Below, in pieces: positions 41,058 through 51,122 of a stretch of 64,000 nucleotides of DNA. The notes below the pieces were generated by a model. The model saw only the letters and a program-made list of their open reading frames with translations. It was not told the origin of the DNA and did no database searches. Each line of letters starts with the position of its first letter. Positions within the stretch are counted from its first letter, which is position 1. The stretch lies in NCBI GenBank assembly GCA_963826535.1, contig CAWGXL010000001.1:14336-78335 (forward strand). Direction: 5' to 3'. A program made the position numbers and the translations under genes. This DNA is from an uncultured bacterium (GTDB taxonomy: Bacteria > Patescibacteriota > Microgenomatia > Levybacterales > UBA12049).

Positions 41058-41807
41058 ATGAGATTAAAAAATAAAGTAGCAATTGTAACTGGAGGTGGAA
41101 CAGGGATTGGACGTAGTATAGCTCTAAAGTTTGCTCAAGAGGGAGCATATGTTGTAATTTGTGGCAGGCGAAAAGAACCACTTGAGGCAACTGTGAAATT
41201 GATTGAAGCGACAGGTGGTGAAGCAATATATTGCATTACTGATGTTTCCTCCTCTGCTCAAATTCAAGATATGGTTGAAACGACTCTTATGAAATGGGGA
41301 CAAATTGATATTTTGGTAAATAATGCAGGGATTTATATAGCTCACGACATTGCATCCATGAATGAAAACGAATGGGATAAAGTCATGAGTGTCGATGCAA
41401 AAGGAGTATTTCTCGCATCAAAAGCAGTACTTCCCCATATGCTCAAGCAAGAGAAAGGAAAGATCATCAATATAGCATCAATAGCAGGGTTATTTGGCTT
41501 TGAAAAATCAGCAGCGTATTGCGCAGCGAAAGGGGCAATCGTTAACTTAACTCGCGAGATGGCTCTGGACTATGCTCATCATGGAATATTTGTCAATGCA
41601 ATTGCGCCCGGAGTGATTGAGTCAGATATGACTAAGCCTTTTCTTTCAGATAAAGATGCAAAGAAAGCGTTTTTGGACAAAATACCGGTTGGAAGTATTG
41701 GTACACCTGAAGATATAGCATATGCGGCCGTATATTTAGGATCAGATGAGTCAAATTATGTCGTAGGACAAACGCTTGTAGTTGATGGAGGATGGACAAT
41801 TCGATAG
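41058..41807 (+). CDS. SDR oxidoreductase
   Basis: TGGGTGIG, NNAG, YCAAK. Confidence 0.95.
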   Translation: MRLKNKVAIVTGGGTGIGRSIALKFAQEGAYVVICGRRKEPLEATVKLIEATGGEAIYCITDVSSSAQIQDMVETTLMKWGQIDILVNNAGIYIAHDIASMNENEWDKVMSVDAKGVFLASKAVLPHMLKQEKGKIINIASIAGLFGFEKSAAYCAAKGAIVNLTREMALDYAHHGIFVNAIAPGVIESDMTKPFLSDKDAKKAFLDKIPVGSIGTPEDIAYAAVYLGSDESNYVVGQTLVVDGGWTIR

Positions 41808-41825
41808 TGATTTAGGATAAAGGAG

Positions 41826-42470
41826 ATGAATATTATGAAAAGAGATCCACTATTGTATGGAATAATAGGTATTCTTATAGGAGGTGTTATCGTTTGGTTT
41901 TTAGCAACACAAGCTGTCAATACGAGTAATTCGAGCATGATGCGAATGATGGGTATGGGTGGAGTAAACCAAAGAATGATGGCTAATTCAAACACTATAG
42001 ATGCACATTTTATTGAGCAAATGATCCCGCATCATGAAGATGCCATTACAATGTCAAAACTAGCACAAGCAAAAGCGCAACGGGCTGAAGTGAAACAGTT
42101 GGCAAACAGCATAATTGATTCCCAAGGAAAAGAAATTAACCAAATGAAAGCTTGGTATAAAGAGTGGTTTGGGCGTGAGTTACTTAAGGGAAATGAGGTC
42201 ATGAGACATCATGGTATGGGAAGTAATACAAGCATGCATATGGGAATGATGGGTACTGACGAAGACATTACTCGCCTTGAAAAGGCTGCTGATTTTGATA
42301 CAACCTTTGTTGAGGAAATGATACCTCATCATCAAATGGCTGTTATGATGGCGAGTATGTTAAAGAATGGGACACAACGTCCTGAAATGAAGAAGCTTGC
42401 TGATGACATCATTACTTCTCAAACAAATGAAATAGAGCAAATGAGAAAGTGGCTTAGCGAGTGGAAATAA
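41826..42470 (+). CDS. DUF305 (CopM-like) protein
   Basis: Two MIPHH..A..M motifs. Confidence 0.9.
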   Translation: MNIMKRDPLLYGIIGILIGGVIVWFLATQAVNTSNSSMMRMMGMGGVNQRMMANSNTIDAHFIEQMIPHHEDAITMSKLAQAKAQRAEVKQLANSIIDSQGKEINQMKAWYKEWFGRELLKGNEVMRHHGMGSNTSMHMGMMGTDEDITRLEKAADFDTTFVEEMIPHHQMAVMMASMLKNGTQRPEMKKLADDIITSQTNEIEQMRKWLSEWK

Positions 42471-42602
42471 TACAATGGAGCATTACAATCCTCAATCCTC
42501 ATATGGATAGGATGTATAATTTTCTACATCTGGCAACTTATTGATGCACATAATAATTAAAAATTTTATATAGATGTACTTGATTCCTGCTATAATAATA
42601 TT

Positions 42603-42809
42603 ATGGTTGATAAGAAGGTTGGGAAATTACTGAAAAAGGCAAGAAAAAGTATGGGACTAACACAGGTTCAAGTTGCTGAAAAGGTTGGTATTTCGTCAAA
42701 TTATTATTCAATGATTGAACGTGATAAAAGAGAAAATCCGGGTTCAAAGGTATTGACTAAAATCGCGCAGGTGTTGAAATTAAAATCTTCAGACGTTTTC
42801 CCTTTTTAA
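42603..42809 (+). CDS. XRE-family HTH regulator
   Basis: LTQ.QVAEKVGIS.NYYS.IER. Confidence 0.9.
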   Translation: MVDKKVGKLLKKARKSMGLTQVQVAEKVGISSNYYSMIERDKRENPGSKVLTKIAQVLKLKSSDVFPF

Positions 42810-43030
42810 TTGGGGGGTGGTTTTTTTTCAGACTCTTTAACTAATTGCTTCAATGCGTCCGCGATATCCTCTGCTGCAAGAGGCAGCATGTTCAGAACTT
42901 TAATTGCCCGTTCTCTTGTAGCCTCTTCAGGTTTGATTTTCCTTATCTTTTCTATCATAGCTTGTATTTGTTTTTCCGTGAAATTCCTATTCATAGTTTG
43001 ATTATACCATTCCTCATAAAATCGTTTCAA
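42806..43030 (-). CDS. Small hypothetical protein
   Basis: ORF overlapping the PLD gene stop; start uncertain. Confidence 0.5.
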   Translation of the reverse strand: MKRFYEEWYNQTMNRNFTEKQIQAMIEKIRKIKPEEATRERAIKVLNMLPLAAEDIADALKQLVKESEKKPPPN

Positions 43031-43454
43031 ATTTGAGGAAGTTAAACATTTCTTCAGTTAATTTTTTGTTATCGATTCTTCTCATAATTTCCCTACTGTG
43101 AGTTTGAGATAGAATATTCAAGCTTCCTTCCCATAATATTTTTCTGTCCAATATTGCCAATTTCCTGTGATGATTTCCAATACATAGAAATACTTGAACT
43201 CCCAGCCTTTCAAACCGATTTATTTCGCTAGCGGCTTGTTTTTCAAGCGAATTAATATGTTCATTCGGGTCTCTGGTTACGATATAAACTTTTATGTTTT
43301 GTTTTATAAGTTTTTCAAAAATAGGAAAAAGGCATCTCATTCTATTACTTGTAATAAATGGACTTTCAATAAGTACTTCTTTTTCACAGTGACTGAGATC
43401 TTGTAAGAATGCTTGGTAAAAGTTTCTTTCATCAAATAGTGAGGAATTATCCAT
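43014..43454 (-). CDS. Single-domain phospholipase D/nuclease family protein
   Basis: SPFIT and H.K....D......GS.N. Confidence 0.85.
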   Translation of the reverse strand: MDNSSLFDERNFYQAFLQDLSHCEKEVLIESPFITSNRMRCLFPIFEKLIKQNIKVYIVTRDPNEHINSLEKQAASEINRFERLGVQVFLCIGNHHRKLAILDRKILWEGSLNILSQTHSREIMRRIDNKKLTEEMFNFLKFETIL

Positions 43455-43590
43455 TTGATATCTCCTCCTCGCCACTTTCAATTATTGCCACTTTTCCGTT
43501 ATAATAAGTAAAACCTAGCTTTGTGAGTTTGTGGTAGGTCTGGATCAGAGAATCGAAGATTTGTTTCCACCTATCCCCGCTACGGCTCAC
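43447..43590 (-). other. 47-aa recombinase tail of element 3 (VSRSGDRWKQIFDSL...), now in frame with recombinase 4
   Basis: Begins at the GTGAGCCG att; overlaps the PLD start by 8 nt. Confidence 0.7.
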
Positions 43591-45307
43591 ATCTAAAGAT
43601 TTAGTCTTCTTGTAGTCCTCATTTAGCTTGAATAGACAAGCTAATTTTGGTGTTCGATGAATTAATTCTTCGTAAGTTGGTCTTTCATCAAAAATTAGAC
43701 CAAACAGGGACGCGTTCTTATGTGGATCTGAGCCTCCCAATAGTAAATCTTCGAGGTGTTCGATGAAATAATTTGTATAGTTAATTGCTACCTGTGAATT
43801 TACTTGCTGATCTTCTTTTGTATCCCTTCGAGAAGCAAGTTGAGCTTTCTCTATTCTCAGCTTTTCAATATCATCTTCAAATAACTTTATTGTTTCAGGA
43901 GAATTAAGCAATTTGATTTTCTCTTTTAGGTTTTGTATCTCAACTTCTTTCGCTTCAATTTGTTGAGAATACGATATTGTATCTGAAGAGAGCTGACTCT
44001 CCCGTTTTATAAGTTCTTCAAGAGCAATTTCTCTAAATCGTTCTCTGAATGCATCGGTGAACTGAACATCTTTAACGAAATTTTCAATTGTTTCATTAAA
44101 TATTTTGAGACGAATTCTAAATGTACAGCGCTTTCCATTAATTAATCTTCCACAATGATAAGCAGGATGAATATTACCTCGATTACCAGTTGAAGCACTA
44201 CCTAATAAAGGGTTTTTACACTTAGGACAAAGTACCTCTTTTTTATAAGGGTACAGCGGATTTCCCTTATTCTTAACTTTTTGCCAATCGGCGATTGTTC
44301 CTTTCACTATTTTTATCTCTCCTTCTTGTTCAATTATAGCAATTTTTCCTTTATTGGCTTTATTAAAAATGTCATAAGTAATGAGAGCTTCAATCTGACC
44401 TTTGATAGGTTTGTAATTTGTCCACTTGTGAACATATATTCCGGCGTATTCAGGGTTTTGAATGAGCAATTGGAATTGCTTTACAGTTAATTTCTTTTCG
44501 CCTCCATATCCAATTATTCTAGTTCTATCCCGAGGATCATATTTGCGTGTTTTTCGCGATCTATAACCTAAGCTATTCATCTCATCTACAATTTTTTCAT
44601 CACTTACATTACCTTGTATTCTTAATTCATAGCCCTTTAATATCCATAATGATTCATTTGGCTCAGCTTTTCGTACTTTGCGTTGTCCATGATGTGTATC
44701 AACTTTTACATTCATGTACCCAATAGGCGCAGAATTCATTGGATATCCAAGTCTTGTATAGCGTATTTCGCTTCCTATTAAGGCGAGTGAGTATAGCTCT
44801 TCGTTCTTCCTTTGCTCCTTCTGCAACTAATAACTCGTTTGTAGTCGTTGGAGAGAATTCAGACCAGTCATATTTAAGACCGTAATACTCCAATGTGTTG
44901 ATTATAGAAGTGCCAATAATGCCATAGCTATCTAGTAATTGCGTGCCGTATTTAGCGAATTCAGCCTTAAGTTGCCCATAGATGCTTGCTCCTCCTCGAG
45001 TGCCTCTATCAATGCTTCGAATAAAGAAGTATTTGATTTTATTCTTTGGATTTTTGCAGTAATCAAGTGCTTCGAGAATTGGTTGGGTATCTAATTCTCC
45101 TCCAGCGGATGCTGTAAATTTAAACCATTTAACAATTTCTATTCTGCACCCAATTATATTTGAGACCTGTATTGCTCGGCTTATAATTTGCTCTTTTTGC
45201 TGTTCATGACTATCACCTTCTAGACCGGTCTTTAAAGCAGAAGTTCTTAATGAAGCAGCTGCATAAATAATTTTCTGATCTTTATCTAAACTCATAGTAT
45301 TCTGCAA
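43447..45307 (-). pseudogene. Large serine recombinase 4 with +1 frameshift near 44780-44783
   Basis: N-terminal ORF (LRTS, SIDRGTR) and C-terminal ORF (APIGY, C.KC, YHC). Dropping one base gives ILTRLIGSEIRY. Confidence 0.85.
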
Positions 45308-45336
45308 TTATATGTGCAGGATCATTTAAAGGGCAA

Positions 45337-45492
45337 TTATTTGAATTTAAGACTTTTTCTCTTATCTTCAAATATTCGATCGATAATAAGATTTGCAAGA
45401 ATTCTCATCTTCCGTTCAGTTTCAGGATCTAACTCTGTAAGATTAGAGTTTTCGACGATCTTATTAGTTTTAGTTTGTGCATGTTTTTTCAT
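45337..45492 (-). CDS. Small protein upstream of recombinase 4
   Basis: MKKHAQ...RILANLIIDRI; start chosen downstream of the hairpin. Confidence 0.5.
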   Translation of the reverse strand: MKKHAQTKTNKIVENSNLTELDPETERKMRILANLIIDRIFEDKRKSLKFK

Positions 45493-45504
45493 AATTTGTC
45501 CATC

Positions 45505-45546
45505 AAAAAACCCAGCATTCGACTGTGTTTTTGTCGAAGCTGGGTT
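45505..45546 (-). terminator. Intrinsic terminator-like hairpin upstream of the recombinase 4 operon
   Basis: AACCCAGCTTCGAC...GTCGAATGCTGGGTT followed by a T-run. Confidence 0.6.
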
Positions 45547-45624
45547 CATGCGTCTTCTTTTAAGAAAACGAACCACGAACTGTTGAATTATTCTTCATAA
45601 CCATCGCCATGATCTTAAATAATT

Positions 45625-46548
45625 TTAATCAGCAGTTCTATTAATATCTTCTACCATTTCATTGTGATTAATTATTCTTGCGTCGATGATAAATTTTGAT
45701 ACATGAATTCCTCTCGCCTTTGAAAAAAATCTTGCTTGCATACCGTTAGGCGATGTTAATCCGTTAATAAGATCAAAAATTCTATGATGTCTTGTGCATC
45801 TCTCTTCATAGTCGTTAAAATTTCTTCTATACTTATGATCTATATTCGACCATTCAAATCTACCCTTGCAATCGATACCAAAATATAGTCCATCTATGCA
45901 CTTTTGAGCTTTACCCCTATGCCTTACAACCCACATATGCATTGCCGCATAGCTAGCGAAATCACCTTTCCACATATTATTTTCTATTCCATATCTACCC
46001 CGAAGTCTTATTTTTAAGTTTTGCTCAACTGTATTCTTTACACCTAGTTTTCTCTGCCGGGCGGCTTCACGTTGTTGAGATGTCCATTTCCTTGATTTGG
46101 TTCCAGCAATCATTTTTTCAATATTTTCTTTTGAAAGTTTTCTTCCTATTCTTGCTTGTCCTATTTTCTTTCGGGCTTCTTGTGTATGCTTCCAACCTTT
46201 ACTCATGGAGGTATTTTGTGGGCTTCGAAGATATGCTACCGTACAATTCCTGTTACAAAATTTGCGATCCTTAATTTTAGACTGCATTCTATAAACATGT
46301 CTATCACAGAACTCGCATTTAAAGTATTTTCCTTTAGTGTTCTTTTTTGCTCTATTAGCAAATCCACATTTTGCGGAGCAACAAATCTGATCCGTAAATT
46401 TTCTTTTGAACATGGCTCCGCATTCAGGACACTTTATCCACTTAGTAGTTGACCTTCTAAAGCAGTCAATATCATGGTACTCTTGACCTTTCTTTCTAGG
46501 ATCAAATTTAATGTTGCAACCCCTACACATAAACATACTAATCATCAT
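45625..46548 (-). CDS. Zinc-finger/NUMOD3/HNH-like homing endonuclease
   Basis: C..C/C...C repeats, KGWKHTQEARKKI, WKG....Y...H.WV, C..HH..FD. Confidence 0.7.
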   Translation of the reverse strand: MMISMFMCRGCNIKFDPRKKGQEYHDIDCFRRSTTKWIKCPECGAMFKRKFTDQICCSAKCGFANRAKKNTKGKYFKCEFCDRHVYRMQSKIKDRKFCNRNCTVAYLRSPQNTSMSKGWKHTQEARKKIGQARIGRKLSKENIEKMIAGTKSRKWTSQQREAARQRKLGVKNTVEQNLKIRLRGRYGIENNMWKGDFASYAAMHMWVVRHRGKAQKCIDGLYFGIDCKGRFEWSNIDHKYRRNFNDYEERCTRHHRIFDLINGLTSPNGMQARFFSKARGIHVSKFIIDARIINHNEMVEDINRTAD

Positions 46549-46790
46549 GTTATCGGATATGTTATTTTATGTCAATTAGAACAATTCGAACTTAAATATA
46601 TCATTCTAAGGATTTCTATGGGTTTATATGGATTTAAGGAATTGCTGTTTAAATAAGATTTAAGATGTTAAAAGGGAGATGATGAGTCTTTGGATATATT
46701 TGATGTTAACTGCTGGTTAAATCGCATCCTAGCGAGTTAAGAGGTATTAGAAAAGGCGCATTGTTAATCAATTAGGATCTATTTATATTT

Positions 46791-47150
46791 TTATACTTTC
46801 TTTATATATTCCATTGCATTACGCCTCCAAGCGTCACCGCCCTCGGTTGTAGTGCTAACTGCCATAGTTTGACGATCTCCGATGATATACATCGACCAAT
46901 CTCCGAAATACAATTCGCTTTGTGGCAAATCGTTTTGTTCGTAGAAAGGATATCCATAGAGCGTGTTAGGAAGTCTAACAGTTTCGCCGTTATTATTTTT
47001 AGCGGCTCCACCATCTCTCAAGATATAATCTCCGTCACTATCTTTCATCTTTCTGAAAGCCCTCTTTGCGTTACGATGACCAACGAATGCCGCCTTTGGA
47101 GATGAAGTAACCCTTGATGGTACTGCGTCTATAAGGTGATTATGTCATCG
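46791..47150 (-). pseudogene. HK97-type major capsid protein fragment
   Basis: LIDAVP...RKMKDSDGDYI...LYGYP...FGDWS.Y.IGDR; both ends lost. Confidence 0.75.
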
Positions 47151-47201
47151 ACTTATCCTTAATTCCACTTATTAAAATTAGCACTCCAAAGGCTTATCTG
47201 A

Positions 47202-47230
47202 TTGACTAAGAACATAAATTTTGCTATGAT
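47202..47230 (+). promoter_or_regulatory. Sigma70-type promoter TTGACT-N17-TATGAT with extended -10 TG
   Basis: Near-consensus hexamers and spacing. Confidence 0.6.
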
Positions 47231-47290
47231 TAGCCTCATAAATAAGGGCTTCGCGCCTTGACCGGCAGAAATCTCTGACAGCCAAAAAAC

Positions 47291-47313
47291 GAGACCTGAA
47301 AAGGTCTTTTTTT
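47291..47313 (+). terminator. Leader terminator AGACC-TGAAAA-GGTCT + T-run
   Basis: Hairpin plus T7 just before the ATG at 47324. Confidence 0.55.
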
Positions 47314-47323
47314 GTACCTAAAT

Positions 47324-47980
47324 ATGAATGATTTATCATCCAAAAAATTTACCATTCCTCATGAGAAAATGTGGCTAAGACCAGATCGAGCATATTTTGA
47401 ATCTCAAAAACAAGCAGAAGGCATTGATCCAGATGAGTTTGAATGGAACGGAAAGTATAAAAGAATTCGCGAGCTAAGAGGTTTATCAATTTTTGGCTTA
47501 TCGTTTTTTACCATGCAAAAACACCCTTGCTTTGTTCAGATGAACAATCTAAGTGATTCACCAGATGCATTTCTTGCTAGGTCTGTATCAGAGACAACAA
47601 ATGAAATCGCTCCAATTGAAATTACATTTTATGGAAGGAACAAGATTGGGCTACCTGAAGAAGTATTAGAGGATAGATTGAGTAAAATTGGTGGAAAATT
47701 TTATAAACTTCCCGATGGATATTGGCTACTAATACATATTGGGAGGAGATTGGAAGTAAACCATCAGGCCATAAGAGATAAGTTGGTTGCATTGAATGCA
47801 AAATTTAATGTGTTTTCTGTTCAAGAAGTTTCCGACCATCCCGATACTAAGGCGCGCTTTGTATCATACAATCCTTACCTTGAAGCTTACGATGTAAATG
47901 TTGGAGGGATTTGCTATGACCTAAAACAATCTAAGATTCCTGGGATTCTTACAATTGAAAAGGGGAAAGCACCTCTCTAA
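47324..47980 (+). CDS. Hypothetical protein, possible PD-(D/E)XK nuclease
   Basis: RE...SPDAF......IEIT pattern. Confidence 0.5.
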   Translation: MNDLSSKKFTIPHEKMWLRPDRAYFESQKQAEGIDPDEFEWNGKYKRIRELRGLSIFGLSFFTMQKHPCFVQMNNLSDSPDAFLARSVSETTNEIAPIEITFYGRNKIGLPEEVLEDRLSKIGGKFYKLPDGYWLLIHIGRRLEVNHQAIRDKLVALNAKFNVFSVQEVSDHPDTKARFVSYNPYLEAYDVNVGGICYDLKQSKIPGILTIEKGKAPL

Positions 47981-47990
47981 ATAATAATCT

Positions 47991-50900
47991 ATGAAAAAAC
48001 ATACTGAATCTAAAGCTTCACCAAACATTTTAGTACTGATGAAAATTTGGTTAATCGGGGTTCTTTGTGCTGAGTCGTTTTATTTTTCTCAAATTGTCGC
48101 ATCTAAAGTATACGGATATATAAATCTTAGCCCTCATAAGACCTATCTTTTGATATCTACTGTCTTATATTTAATATTTGTTTTGATTTATATTTTTTAT
48201 CGAAATTCTGGTGCCGACTTTCTGAAAATTGTAAAAAGTAAACGCATTGATTTAGCGATGATTTTCATCACTGGAATTGTAACGAGTATATTCTTAGGCG
48301 GAATCGGCAAGCCTCTCTACCAAGCTGTTGTGTCTACACTTACCATCCATCAACTTTTGATTTTAGTAGTTTTACCCTTATTCATAATTCTTACAGTTTG
48401 GATTAGAGCTATACAGGTGTGGCTAATTTCGAGAAAAAAAGATAATGCCCCTTTTTTTCTATCTGATAGTGAAAAAGTATCTAAAGATGAAGATTTACTC
48501 GACCTTGCTGAATCATCGGAGAGATTTGCCGAAAGAATTTTTAATCAGGGATCATCAGAAAGTCTAGTTTTTGGTGTAGATGGCCCTTGGGGGGTTGGCA
48601 AAACGACATTTATAAATTTTTGCAAGAATTATTGGGAAGAAAAATATAAAGATCAAGTTCTTGTATACATTTTTAATCCTCTGAAGTATGAAAATAGAGA
48701 AAATTTATTAGAAAAGTTTATTGATGGTTTAACCAATACTATTCAGAAACAGACTTTTACGCCTGAAATAAAGCCTATCATATCAAGATACGCTCAATAT
48801 ATAAGAAGCATTAAAGGAAGTATTTTCGGATTCCTCAATATTGAATTACTTGGAGGTAGTTATACTGCAGATGATGCATTTAAAGACTTAGAGGTAGCCT
48901 TAACCAGTATTGATAAGAAGATTATCGTTATCGTCGATGATTTAGACAGGCTGAATTTATCCGCAGTTAAAGACTTATTGTTTACCATCAAAAAGAGCTT
49001 TACCTTACCAAATGTTTCTTATGTCCTTTGTTATGATGCAGAAAACATAAATGCACTTGAGGATAAAAAACCTGATTTAGAGAAAGTAACCGAGTTTCTT
49101 GAAAAATTTGTCAATGTTAAGGTTAGTCTTTATCTTAGGAGCGACAAGCTTAGTAATTACGTTACAGCTAATCTTGAAACATCACTTACTGGCAATTCAC
49201 AGGCTGACCCAATTTTAGTATCCAAGGCAATTGGAGGCCTAAAAGATATTTTTAATTCAAATGACTTCTATCAATATGTGAGCTTTATTGGAGATATTCG
49301 AAAAATAAAACGATTAATTAATACAGTTTTATTGTTGGATATAGAAAAAACTGATTTTGACAATAGTGATATTAATAATCAGGATTTAATTCATCTGCTT
49401 TTAATATATATCAATTACCCAAATATCTTCCGTAAAATCTATAACACGGAAACAGCAGGTAAAAAAGGGTTTTTTTCACTTGTTTCAATGTACGAAGATG
49501 GATATCCAAAGACTGATGGTAACAATCCGCACTTCAATGAAAGTGATTATAAGAATTCAGTTAAATATAGTGATTACATTAAAACAGTTTCGGATAATCA
49601 AAAATTTCTATTAAATAAAATTTTTGAGGTATCTCAACGCCTTGAAGTAATGAATGCAGGTAGTGTATCTGCTGAAGTAAGAGCCTCTCTAGCTTGCTTT
49701 AATGGAGATCTCTGGTCGGGTGGTGGAAGAAATTTAGAAGACTATCTCAATCTAATCGTTGAGTCATCAAAACCGCAGACAACAGGACAGTATAAATTCT
49801 ATCTAAACCAAAAGAACAGACTTATGGAAGGAGAGCTCATAGAAACAATACTCTCTAATGAAGCTTTCTCATACGAAAAAAATGAAAACAACCATAAACA
49901 ACTTTGGAAAATTATTGTTAATAGTGCTCATGATTTTAGTGCAGAAACAGGAAGTAAACTTATAAGCTATCTCTCGGATAACATAATCAAATATTCGATT
50001 TTAGAAGATGAGGAGATAGGATTGGGTTTACGGCATGATCTTAGTTTTTACATAGTGAAACTTCTTGATCAGGCTGGATGGGTTGATGAAAATGGTACAC
50101 ATAGAAGTAATTTTGATGAAAACTTGTCAGAAATTGTTGAATGGGTTTTTGGGGAGAAGAGACACAACAAAGCAGGAGTTATTCAAATATTATCACAGGA
50201 AGATAGAGGGATTCTTGGATTCTTTGATTTACTTTCCTTCCGTCTTTTCTGTAGTGCTGATCGAGGAGGAAATGTATTTAATCTAACTCGCGCATTAGCT
50301 AAAGATGGAAATCCAAATGCGCCTGTTGACGGAGCAACTAGAATTATAGCTATCGAAGAGATGCGAAAAATTTCTCAGAAGGTCTTTGAAGTATTCAAAA
50401 AAAGATACATAAATAAAAAAATAAATATATTTGATATTATTGACGAGCTAAGCTTGGTAGATTTAACCAGTAAGTACCACAAATTCACTAAAAGTAAAAT
50501 TAAATCTGGTGAACTCAAAGAACCGGATGAGAGACTAAGGGAGCTAAGATCAAGAATTAAGTTGTTCACAATTTATCAGCTAGGTAGTGCCTCTATCGAT
50601 CACGGTATCCCGTGTGGTTATTATGATGCTTCAGGAAGTGAGGATAAAAAAGAAATATATAATGAAATGAATGACTATTTGTTTAACATCTGTTTCTACC
50701 CAGGTAAAAAGAAAGACAATCTAAAAAATTATGAACATTTCTTAGATTACCTACTAATGAATTTTGTTAGTGTTTTCGAACCTGTTAAAGGACGAAACTA
50801 CATAGCAAACATTAATCAGTTCACTAAGGTACTTGATAAAGAAAGACTCCGTAAATACTGGAATGATAATGAAAGTGTAATTAAAAAGCTTAATCTCACA

Positions 50901-51065
50901 ATGAGTGATAAATCTGTTCTAACAGGAAATTATAAAGCCTTTTACTCTAAAGACCTTGAAGACGTGTACAAGGCTCTTGATGAACTTACTTTATCAACCG
51001 AATCACCACCAGCCGAAGGAGTTACCTCAACAGAGGAAGTAACTGAAGAGAAGAAGGTGTCATAA
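47991..51065 (+). CDS. KAP-family P-loop NTPase with 4 N-terminal TMs and a long C-terminal region
   Basis: EDLL, GVDGPWGVGKT, FNP, VIVDDLDRL, FLEKFV, R.IKRLIN. Confidence 0.9.
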   Translation: MKKHTESKASPNILVLMKIWLIGVLCAESFYFSQIVASKVYGYINLSPHKTYLLISTVLYLIFVLIYIFYRNSGADFLKIVKSKRIDLAMIFITGIVTSIFLGGIGKPLYQAVVSTLTIHQLLILVVLPLFIILTVWIRAIQVWLISRKKDNAPFFLSDSEKVSKDEDLLDLAESSERFAERIFNQGSSESLVFGVDGPWGVGKTTFINFCKNYWEEKYKDQVLVYIFNPLKYENRENLLEKFIDGLTNTIQKQTFTPEIKPIISRYAQYIRSIKGSIFGFLNIELLGGSYTADDAFKDLEVALTSIDKKIIVIVDDLDRLNLSAVKDLLFTIKKSFTLPNVSYVLCYDAENINALEDKKPDLEKVTEFLEKFVNVKVSLYLRSDKLSNYVTANLETSLTGNSQADPILVSKAIGGLKDIFNSNDFYQYVSFIGDIRKIKRLINTVLLLDIEKTDFDNSDINNQDLIHLLLIYINYPNIFRKIYNTETAGKKGFFSLVSMYEDGYPKTDGNNPHFNESDYKNSVKYSDYIKTVSDNQKFLLNKIFEVSQRLEVMNAGSVSAEVRASLACFNGDLWSGGGRNLEDYLNLIVESSKPQTTGQYKFYLNQKNRLMEGELIETILSNEAFSYEKNENNHKQLWKIIVNSAHDFSAETGSKLISYLSDNIIKYSILEDEEIGLGLRHDLSFYIVKLLDQAGWVDENGTHRSNFDENLSEIVEWVFGEKRHNKAGVIQILSQEDRGILGFFDLLSFRLFCSADRGGNVFNLTRALAKDGNPNAPVDGATRIIAIEEMRKISQKVFEVFKKRYINKKINIFDIIDELSLVDLTSKYHKFTKSKIKSGELKEPDERLRELRSRIKLFTIYQLGSASIDHGIPCGYYDASGSEDKKEIYNEMNDYLFNICFYPGKKKDNLKNYEHFLDYLLMNFVSVFEPVKGRNYIANINQFTKVLDKERLRKYWNDNESVIKKLNLTMSDKSVLTGNYKAFYSKDLEDVYKALDELTLSTESPPAEGVTSTEEVTEEKKVS

Positions 51066-51122
51066 GAAATAAAAGCCTTATTTTCTCTCTGTTAAATTAG
51101 ATAAAATAGTTACATCAAAAAA

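Larger units (their letters stand above)
32967..43590. mobile_element. Element 3: 10.6-kb left-truncated ICE-like remnant without its own recombinase
   Basis: Starts inside a VirB4-like gene; ends at CGGCTCAC with a tail ORF. Confidence 0.7.

Noticed and set aside
45545-45580. preQ1 riboswitch resemblance (CGTGGTTCG)
   Set aside because: The closing stem and A-rich 3' pseudoknot tail are missing and no queuosine genes are nearby.
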